Assembly (NCBI GenBank): GCA_002104945.1
Contig: MCFH01000186.1
Location: 1-19,582, forward strand
DNA length: 19,582 nt
Direction: 5' to 3'
Origin: Piromyces finnis finn
Lineage: Eukaryota > Fungi > Neocallimastigomycota
Shown here: piece by piece, positions 9,834 to 19,582 of the stretch
How the letters are laid out: the number at the start of each line of letters is the position of its first letter
Numbering within the stretch: the stretch's first letter is position 1
Notes under the pieces: model-generated
Seen by the model: the letters and a program-made list of their open reading frames with translations, nothing else
The model's database searches: none
Told to the model about the DNA's origin: nothing
Program-made: the position numbers and the translations under genes

Positions 9834-12800
9834 ATGGTCTTTAATGAAATATCATATTTAATTAATGATTTTCCATACCCACCTTCATATCTTCCAAGAC
9901 CATTAATACATGAAAAATGTTTAGATAATCCTATACATGATCCAAATTTGTTTGATAAAACAGTATCAGAATATTTCTCATCTGTAATGGAAAATGAAAA
10001 GAACGATAATGATATGATAAGAATGGAAATTAATGTTAACCCAGTTAGTAGAGGTAAAGTACAAGAAAAGTCTAGTTTAAGAAAAGAATTAAGTTTTAAT
10101 GAATCAGTAGATTCATTCAACAAATCAAATGTTAATATTCATGCTGAAAGTTGTGGTTCTATAGTTAGTCATATTGAAAAATCACAATCAGTAGTTGTAT
10201 TTCCACTTGAAAAAATTAAATTATTCATAGTACAAACGAAATTCAACTATATATGAAAGATAAGCAAAATAATGTATACTCAATGAATAAACGTCTTTCT
10301 ATATCTAATCCTACAATACATGATAAAGGCATTTTGAGAAACTCTTTACAAAAAATAAAATTTAATAAGAGTAAGAGTATGAATAATATAAAGAATAGTA
10401 ATGGTAATAACTTTAGTAAGGAACCATTTAAACATGAACGTTCATTATTAAAAGAATTAAGTACAGATTTTAAAAAATTCTTCGGATATCATAAAGATGA
10501 ATCAATAAGCTTTTTATCAAGTAAAAATAGTTCATATATTGATGATAATATTGAAATAATTAAAATTGAAATAATAATAATGTAAACATTCTTAACGACG
10601 ATAAAGAACATCAAAATAATATTAATGATAGTTTAAATAAAAATATGAAACATGAAAAAGTGTAAATCATGAGGTATCAAAAGTATTGGATAACAATGGA
10701 AATTATAATTATAATAATGATAATAGTAAAAGAATAGTAATAACAATATCAATGAATCAACGTCATATGAAAAAAGTGAAAAGAATGAAATAAATAAATT
10801 AAATAATGAAAAACAAAAAATCAATCAAGAAACAAAATATAATATGTATGATGGAAATAATTCTAATAGCCAAAATGAATCTGATAACAATTATAGTAAT
10901 TCATCATTATCAGAAATTGAAGAGTGTCAGACGTCAAATAAGATTGAAGCCACACGAAATTCAATACTAAAGAATAAAAGCAAATCCATTACACTTTTGG
11001 CACCAATTGCGTCTATTTCTTTAGAAGGAAAAAAATAAAATAGGAACTGATGATGATAATTCAACAGAAAAGCGTAATAATCAAAGAAAAATAATCAAAC
11101 TAATGAATATAGTAAAGAATATATAAGGCAAATATCATGTCAACGTATTGATCGTTATAGATTAAATGGAGGATTAGTTCGAGATCGTATTCAAAGATAT
11201 AAAAGTAATGAAGCGTTAATGAATAAGCCAATTAAGTTATCCTCTAATACAAGCAGTATTACTAATGATGAATCAAATAAATCGTTAAATAGCGTTACAA
11301 ATAGTAAAGACGATGTAACAAATAAAAAATTAAAATTAAATTATTCTAGTTCGGATAATCCATTATTTGAAATATTTAAAAGTAATGATGATATTATAAG
11401 GGAAAGGATTACGGTATTGAATATGTCAACACACATAAATTCTTCACCAAATAGTTTTTCACAGTTACAAGATGAAAGAATTAATCGAGAAAATGATTTA
11501 TTAGAAAATTTAGAGCTTTTACATCAAGGTATTTTGGGGACTATACCAGATAATAAAAAGGAAAAATTAAAAGAATTTCTATTATGTTTAACAGATGAAA
11601 TATGATAATTATCAAAAGCAAATACATGAAGAATGTAATTATAATTATATTTATATAATGATTTATATACTCATATAATCATATATAATTCTAGAAAAAT
11701 AATTCAATATTTCACAATTAATATTATATAAAATAATCAATAGTATTTTAATTTATTTTTAATTATAAATTTTGAAATATAAATAAAAATAGATGATAAA
11801 CGACAAAAATTAAATATATAGAAAATAAACCTATTATGGTACACATATAACTATATATATACAATATAATTATATTACATCTTAGATACTAATAAAATAT
11901 TACCATTTAATTGAAATATGCTTAATTATAGCTAAATAAATATTATATAAATTTCGGAAATTCAAAAAAAAAAATACCAATTGAAGAGGAAGTTTGTGAT
12001 ACTTTAAACAATCGAGTCAAAAGGTAAAAATAAAGCAATAAATATATAATGCAATCAAATATAACATTTATATTTACTATTATATATTTAATTATTTAGG
12101 TTTTCATGCAAAATATTTATTCTATTATGAAAATAAGGATAGTAATTTTACATTAAAAATTTCACCAATGTCGGGTTTATTAACAAAAACTGAAACCCAA
12201 AATATATCATTTTCATTGACATGTAAAACAACCATGAATAAAAAAATAATAATTCCATTACGTATAGAAGGTATATTATATAATTTAAATAATTATTCTG
12301 CTTTTTATTTTTAAAAAAAAATAAAAATAATTCTTTTTGAGAGAATTTTTAGTATAATATTAATATTATTAAATATTTTATTTTTATTAGATAAATATCA
12401 TTTCATAATCATGAAAATAAGAAGTCAGAATTCATGTTTTGGTGTAATATTAAGAATTGTGATATGGAATCTGATACAATATTTTCATCTCACCAATATA
12501 ATATTCCTAAAATTTTAAAAGTATATATAAATAATTCTTTATATATTATTATTATATATTACGAATAATGTGATTTAACAAAATTCAAATAATATTTTTT
12601 TTAAAAAAAAAACTAGATGTATAGAAAAATATTAATATCAATAAGCTTATCAAAAGGAAAGTAATTTGAAGGTCAACCAGATGAAAATGAATTATAGAAA
12701 TAAAAAACAAATAAATAATGAATCATTATTACAATAGATATACATTGTATAGCCTATCTTTTTAAAAAATTGGTTTATGAGTATATTTATAAATTATTAA

Positions 12801-13296
12801 TTGTTATATTATAATAACTCTTTGTAAACATAAAAACTTCTTTTTTTTTTGAAATTCTAATTAGTTACTAGAAAGCTATTATATCAAATAAACCAACAAA
12901 TGCTATAGGAGAATAAAAATTTTGATGAATATAGTGATAAAATTATGGTTTAGAAAGAGTTAATTTTATATTATAATTAGTTTTTAAAAATATATATCAA
13001 TTAATTATAAAAAAATATTATATAATTCTTTCATTTAATAGTGTATTTTCATGGTTATTGGATTGTTTTGTGGAAATACAAAATACCTTCCTAATAAAGA
13101 TGATATTAAAGCATAAGTAAATAACCAAATAAAAATTTTATATAATTTATTAAATATTATTTAAATAGTGAAAAAGAATAATGCTTAAAATTTAAAATTT
13201 ATTGATTGATTATATTTTTAATAAATAAAGTAAAGCTTTGTACCAGGTCTATATAATATACCTTGTGAAGAAAATAAGGAAAATAAAAAATATTAA
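9834..13296 (+). CDS. Long protein with an N/S/K-rich low-complexity N-terminus followed by an Ig/MSP-like domain and a degenerate RhoGAP-like domain
   Basis: A large first exon ~9834-11634 is pieced from ORFs 9834, 10253, 10844 and 11219 via single-base shifts. Later exons are approximately 11793-11838, 11932-12023, 12100-12270, 12391-12520, 12617-12780, ~12865-12958, ~13041-13116 and ~13231-13296. Peptides: DTLTIESKGFHAKYLF...FTLKISPMSGLL (beta-rich, Ig-like); SCFGV...YNIPKILK; DIHCIAYL.K.WF; VFSWLLDCFVEI; FVPGLY (RhoGAP helical motifs, recognised from memory). The last three exon boundaries are uncertain. Confidence 0.7.
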
Positions 13297-13388
13297 TATC
13301 TTGATTATTATTAATTTTTGTGGATAAAAGAAGAGAAGAATTACACTTTAAATTTTATACAATAAATAATATAAAAAAAAATAATTTC

Positions 13389-13725
13389 AAAAAAAAAAAA
13401 AAAAAAAAAAAAACAGTAGCAATAAGTTACTCTAACATTTATATATACCTACCATATACCATTTTTTGCTTTTTTTTTTTATTACCTATAAGGATTAATA
13501 TAATAATAGATAGATAATATTTAAATATATATATGATAGATAAAAAAAATAACAACTTTTTTATGCTTATAAAAGAAACTATTAAAAAAAAAAAAAATAA
13601 ATAAAGTCAATAATAATAGATAATTAACTATATTTAGTTACTATATTTAATTAGTAAAATAATAATAAATATATAATAATAATTATCATATGTTAATATT
13701 ATTAAAAAAAAAAAAAAAAAAAAAA
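13389..13725. repeat. Genomic poly-A tracts (A25 at 13389-13413, A22 at 13704-13725) in the convergent intergenic region
   Basis: Read directly. The exact lengths are unreliable given the homopolymer error rate. Confidence 0.8.
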
Positions 13726-14084
13726 TAGAATAGATGTAGACTTTTAAACAATACTATCTACTTAATATTTAATTCAAATTAATCTTAACAATGTCAATGT
13801 TCTTAAAATTATTTAAAAAGTTGAATAATATTATATATTATATATAATTATTTATAATTATTTATATAAGTATTTAATGCGGTTGTACAAATATTCTATT
13901 GATTTTAAATATAAAAGATAAAACAAGAATAAAATGGAATAAAAAAAAAATAACTAAATTTATGACTAGAAAGTTATTAATAATTTAATAAAAATATATA
14001 TATAAAACAACCAATTTTTTTAATAAATATATTTATTATTTTTAAAATAGTTGTTTTTTAATTAACACTTATTTACTAAATAAT

Positions 14085-17000
14085 TTATGCAACTTTTCTT
14101 TTCTTTAAAGCTGGTTCACTAGAAGTTTTTGTGCTTCTTCTTTCCTTAATAACTTCAATCTTATTCTAATTCATCATCAATTTCATTCAATTCTTCATCA
14201 TTCATTATTAGCGTTTTGTGATTCAACAGAATTCCTGGAACGAATGGTTTGACTAATTTCATTGATAACTTTGAGAAATACCACCAACACCAGTTTCTTC
14301 AATTGATATTGAACAGTAATTCTATCAAAAATCTTAAAAGTACAATATTCTGATACTAATTGTTTCTTTAGCATCATATGTAAATATTGTTTTGAAACAT
14401 TTTTGTATTTGTCTGAATAATAATACTTTCTATACCATATCTATTTAAATTAAATAGTAATGATTAATTTTTTTTCTTATTTACTATATAAATATAAATT
14501 CAATTTTGTAAAAAAAAAAAAAAAATTACCTTGGAATTAAAGCAATAAACCATTCTAAGAATCTATATGAAACTTCTTCTCAACAACTCTATCTTTAAAG
14601 TATAAATTGGTAAACAATTCAACAGAACTTCTTGAAGCTTGTTGAGCCATTCTATGTCTAAAGTTAATACTATATGAAAAAATTATAAAATTAAAAATGT
14701 ATTTAATTATACCAAATAATAATAATAATAATAATAATAAATAATAATGTTTAAAATTAATATGATACTTACCATCACAAATCTTTTGAATCTTTATTTA
14801 TCAATAATATCAGTTGAATAACCTTCTCCATAATTAATTGCGGCAGCTAATAATCTATGAACAATTACATCAGAATAACGACGAATTGGTGAGGTGAAGT
14901 GAGTATAGATTTCAGTAGCTAAACCATAATGCCAGAAGTCTTTTTCGGAAACAGTACCTAACTAAAGTAAACAGCTTGCATCATACATCTAGTGGTCATA
15001 TTCTAATAGTTTATTAAAGTATGGTTGACCAGGTACCTAAAAATATGGAAAAATAATATATATTTTATTTTAATTTATTTTTTTTTATTTATTTAATAAA
15101 TCTATATTATAAAATAATTACAATAGCCTTATCAAGAGAGTCAGCCAATTCTTTGGATGAAGAGCAATTTAGTTTAACACCAACACTTTCAGCAGCACTA
15201 TTAATACATCGAAATGTTTTGGTGGAGTAGGGTGACGTCTATTATTAAGTATATTATAATTATTTTAATAAATATATATTATTATATTATTATCATTATT
15301 TACATTATTTATTATCATTATATTATTTTATTATTATTATTATATTATTATTATTATTAAATATTAATATATTCATACCTTAATAAAGAAGATTCTGGGT
15401 ATTTACTATGAATTTTTTTAGCAACAGAAATATTGGCGAGTAACATAAATTCTCGACAAGAGCATTGGTTTCTTTTAATTCCTTCATTTCTACATCTACT
15501 GGATCTTGAGATCGTTTTCTAAATTGAATCTTACTTCTGGTGAAGCTAAATTAATGCACCAGCACCAATCTCTTCTTTTTAATTTTTTCGCTAAACCATT
15601 TAATATTCTAATACTCTTTGTAATATTATCATTCATACGCCTTTATTAAATATATTAGGTTATAAAATTAATTAAAAGTCATAATTAAAAATATATATTA
15701 TAATTATATTAAAATTATAATATATATAATATAAATTTATTATTTTAATATGAAATATCTTTTTTCGAAATACTTACTTATCATCATTCTATTTTTGCTT
15801 CTTCATAAGTTAAGGAAGCTTAAACGAATAACACTTTAGTGAAGTAAACATTAACAATTTCAGCATCAGGAGTTATTCCCAAATACAAGAGAAAGCAAGA
15901 CGGTCAACATTTGATCTTAATGAACATAAGTTTGTACCAAGAAGTTCTGGTAACATATCAATACGTTTATCAACCAAATAAACTGTATACCTCTCTTAGC
16001 AGCTTCTCTATCCATAGCAGTGCTTGGTCTAACAAGTGAGTAACATCAGCAATATCTAAATATGATAATAAAAAAATTAAAAATATAATTATTAAGAGTA
16101 TTACTAACTTTATTGAAATAACAATACAACAATATAATGGTAAAAAAAAAAAAATTATTTATATATTATTTTAATAATATAATATAAAAATGTATATATT
16201 TGTAAATATTCGTAATACTTACGGACACCAACTTCATAGTTTCCATTTCCAAAGGTCTAACGTGAAGAGCATCATCAATATCATACACCTGGAGGATCAA
16301 TATACATATATCAAGATCACGAAGATCTTTCTTTTACTTAATCTTCTTCAGAAATAGTAAGTTTCACCTTCTGGAGTAGTCATTCAAAACTGTTGTGAGA
16401 ATGCATGTAAGGAACATCATTTCTAATAATAAAACTTCAGTTTCAGTATTACGATCACCATATCACCAAAATCACGAACAAATGACCAAATGATATCTTT
16501 AAAAATAAAAAAAGGTTTTTTTAAAAATATGGAAATAGAGTTTAAAAATGAATAATTATATATGTATATTAAATTATATTACTATTATCACATAAATTAT
16601 GTTAATACTTACAATGAGTTTTTACTCCATGAATCAATACGACAACAATTCTCTTTCCCATTAAGCTCAGCTTCTTGTTCTTAATTCTAATTTTTGAATA
16701 CTCATCCATGAAATTACTAAAATATTTGAGTAGCATTATGATTTAGTTTTTGAACATGTTCTTATCAATAGAACCACAATATCTATTTAATTAGGTATAT
16801 AAGTTAATTGTTTAAAAATAATACCGTATAAGTACAATTATTTTACTGATATATATATTATTTATATTAACTATCAATTTACTTACTGTCTATAATGCTT
16901 TTTATGATACCAACGACTTTACCATTGGAATGGCTTTTCGTGTAAGAAACTTCTCGTTTTCTTTTCTTCTGACTTTTCATTACCATCCTTCATAGTTTCA

Positions 17001-19263
17001 TCTTCATTATTTTTTTCTTCTTCTTCTTCTTCTTTTCATCATCTATATAATTAATTTATATATACAAGTATAAATTATAACATAAATTTGTTAATTATTT
17101 TAAACAAAAAATATTAAAAAGTATATTATTTACCATTGGAAATAATTTTTGAAGCATTGGTTTTCCATTCTTCCTTTGTAAAATTTACGGCAACTGTATC
17201 ACCTTGAATAGCACGATTTAAACTACCTCTTCCAGAAATAAGGATTTGTGTTTCTTCACCATCAATATTAGCCATAATAGTACTTCTAAAAATTATGCAT
17301 ACTAATATTATATACTCCTTGATAAATAAACCAGCCTTTAAACCACCCGAAATTTGTACTGGAGTCAATGCTATAATTGATCGATTTTTTCATTTTTAAA
17401 TTTTATCATATTTGAAATAAAAAAATATTTATAAGTTTATGCATTTCATATTAATTATTACATTATTTCATTTAATAATTCAAAAAAAAAAAGTTTTTTT
17501 TTCTTGTTATATTACTTCTTCATAGGTGATTTTTATCATTGGTGTCATCTTCAGATGGATAAACTACCATAATCCATTAGTTCTGGATAATCATCAATTG
17601 TTCAACATATTCAGCCACTTTATCATTTACAGAGAAAATAAATGATTTTTAAATTAACATTATTTAATAATATTATGAGATTTAAATTACACTTTTATGA
17701 AAATTCATTTATTTCATTATATATTTAATTTAAAATAATTACTGAACAAGCTTTTATTCCTTCTTGTTGAGCCTTACTCTATTATCTTATCATCTGAAAT
17801 TAAAAGGACAGTAATTTGACCATTTGGATGTGTTTTTAAATGAATATTATACCACAAAGTAGCAGTTCTTATAGCTTTTTATTATAGTAATTGAAATATT
17901 TAAGCATAGGTGAGAAATACAAATTTAATAAACATTAAATTTTATATTCAGTATAAAAAGTAATATATTATTTAATACTTACCTCTATCATTTCTATCAT
18001 TCATAGTTTCATCCTTTAAACGTTCAATAGCAGTATGTCTTTTAATATTAAAAATAAAATTATTTAATAATAATATAAAATTTTATTATAATACATTTTA
18101 TCTCTTTTTATTATTTTTGAATATTCTTCTTTATACCTATTATGTTCATTGGAAAATAGTAGAAATGTTTTGAACTTCTTCCAACAAAGTTTTTATTCTA
18201 TTATAGATTTGAGAGATCTTCCTCTAACTTCATCAAGTACGGTTTGTAAACAATTAATTAGTAATGTACATGTTCATATATCGATCTATTAGAGTTTGTT
18301 TTTATATGGTGATTATTAAATAATAATAAAAATGCGTATAAATTAATACAAAATGTGATGAATTCTGATTTATATTAAATTTCATATTTAAAAATGAGAG
18401 AAATTATAATTTGTATTTTTTGAAATATATTTATGTATAGTTGATATAACAATTTATTTTATTAGATTGTTTGAAATTATTGTTAGTTGTTATTATATTA
18501 TTAAATTTTATTAGATTTCATTTATATAATATCATTAATATCGAGATAATTTTTTTTAGAAATTGACATTGCCAAATGAATAAATTTTTTTTTATTTTAT
18601 TTTTATTTTTAAGAAAATAAAATTAGATGAATTTCGAATTACAATCCTTAATTCCTAATGATTACTTTAAAATATTTCCTTTTTTATTTTGTTTATTATA
18701 TTCTAATCCAAAGTTTAATAATGTTAAAAATTTCAATTGTCATGGAAATTCTCATTGTCATATATAATCTAATTTAATTTTTTACTATAGTATATTAAAA
18801 TATATAAATTTTATAAAAAAAATATTTACTTGTAAGAATATATTGGTATCTGGTATAATGAGTTGAGGAAATTCTGATAATTTGTTTTTCTTGGATTACA
18901 AGATAAATGAATTTTTTCTTGTTTACATTTTTCACAACCTTCTACTGAACACCAAATATCATCACGAAGGTTTTTTTCCCGTATTTTATTATTTATTTAT
19001 TGTATTATATAGTATATTAAATTTATTTCAATTAATATATTATATAAGAAATTAAGATTTCCAAAATTTCATTTCATTTTTTTTTTTTTCGAACAATAGT
19101 TTTATAAATTAAAAAATATAAATATTTATAAAAATTAATGTTAATATTTAAATATATAGAAATAGATAATAATTTTAAAATTATAATAAATTACAATGTT
19201 CCTTGATAATTTTATAACATTTCCTTTTCTTGTACGTTTAACAAAAGTTCTTGACTTTAACAT
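14085..19263 (-). CDS. DIS3: Exosome catalytic subunit DIS3/RRP44 (PIN endonuclease, cold-shock domains, RNB exonuclease, S1); multi-exon
   Basis: The start [21 protein letters not shown]|[13 protein letters not shown] and the PIN motif PDTNIFLQ|ID match DIS3. Also seen: [12 protein letters not shown] (ORF 17126-17368), RNB catalytic IDPPG..DIDDALH (16262-16282), GAGAL, and [28 protein letters not shown] ([10 protein letters not shown] 14869-14898). It ends [10 protein letters not shown] (TAA 14085-14087). There are numerous single-base indels. Confidence 0.97.
14715..14748. repeat. (AAT)n microsatellite in a DIS3 intron
   Basis: 8 perfect AAT units (14715-14738), one extra A, then 3 more units. 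Confidence 0.9.
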
Positions 19264-19292
19264 TTTAAAATATAAAAAATATATAATATTAC

Positions 19293-19294
<2 letters not shown>

Positions 19295-19338
<44 letters not shown>

Positions 19339-19342
19339 TTTA
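19295..19342. repeat. Compound simple repeat T12-(TTA)6-(TTTA)5 just upstream of the DIS3 start codon
   Basis: Read directly: poly-T 19295-19306, (TTA)x6 19305-19322, (TTTA)x5 19323-19342. Confidence 0.9.
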
Positions 19343-19582
19343 TTATTCACAATTAAGTAATCTCTATCTATCTATAAAAAGAACAAAAAAAAAAGTACCT
19401 TTTTTTAAAATTTAAAAATTATATATTTAATATTTAAAACTTTAAGAAAAAAAATAAAAAAAAAAGATTCAAATTTTTTTTAAATTTTACCCAATATGAT
19501 TGGTTTAAAAATAAAAAAATATTAATAATACTAAAAGGTGTTTAAATAATAAAATTTTAAAATTTTTTTTTTTTAAAAAGTG

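Noticed and set aside
3708-10824. Hydrophobic F/L/I/Y-rich ORFs (1721-1939, 3708-3956, 5491-5718, 7194-7406, 9803-10123, 10633-10824) as membrane proteins
   Set aside because: They are antisense shadows of K/E/N-rich real exons, a typical artefact in AT-rich genomes.
13320-13517. ORF MDKRREEL...KKKKKKKK and nearby poly-A tracts as a small gene or retroelement tail
   Set aside because: The poly-Lys comes from an A25 tract. There is no RT or other element sequence and no TSD, and such tracts are common in this composition.
18353-18368. Box C/D-like motifs (GTGATGA...CTGA) in the ~540-nt DIS3 intron 2 as a snoRNA
   Set aside because: The boxes are only a few bases apart and lie antisense to the host gene. 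I found no matching pair on the sense strand.
4542-19263. Alternative genetic code or stop-codon readthrough explaining the in-frame stops
   Set aside because: Conserved peptides resume in a different frame after each break, which indicates indels. All confident genes end in standard TAA.
1-19582. CRISPR arrays, tRNA, rRNA or prokaryotic systems
   Set aside because: There are no repeat-spacer arrays and no GC-rich structured segments. All coding sequence is spliceosomal-intron-containing and eukaryotic.

Overview
This is extremely AT-rich, intron-containing eukaryotic DNA, most consistent with an anaerobic gut fungus (Neocallimastigomycota). That assignment is inferred from the composition, short AT-rich GT-AG introns, a fungal-type Spg1 and a flagellar gene. 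Five genes lie in strictly alternating orientation: DRC2/CCDC65 (-, 1359-3896), a large uncharacterised coiled-coil gene (+, ~4542-7464), the Spg1/Tem1 GTPase (-, 7941-9052), a long gene ending in an Ig-like plus RhoGAP-like module (+, 9834-13296) and DIS3/RRP44 (-, 14085-19263). Bases 1-2283 are one near-perfect palindrome (arms 1-1125 and 1160-2283, 34-bp spacer) that duplicates the 3' part of DRC2. The arms differ only by single-base indels and one 3-base shuffle, so a fold-back or assembly artefact is more likely than a real inverted duplication. Single-base frameshifts occur in every gene, including essential DIS3, which points to an unpolished long-read assembly rather than pseudogenes. 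I found no RNA genes, CRISPR arrays or mobile elements, and no convincing novel multi-gene system. The best leads are the palindrome, the hidden RhoGAP-like gene with an apparently lost arginine finger, and poly-A 3' splice sites.
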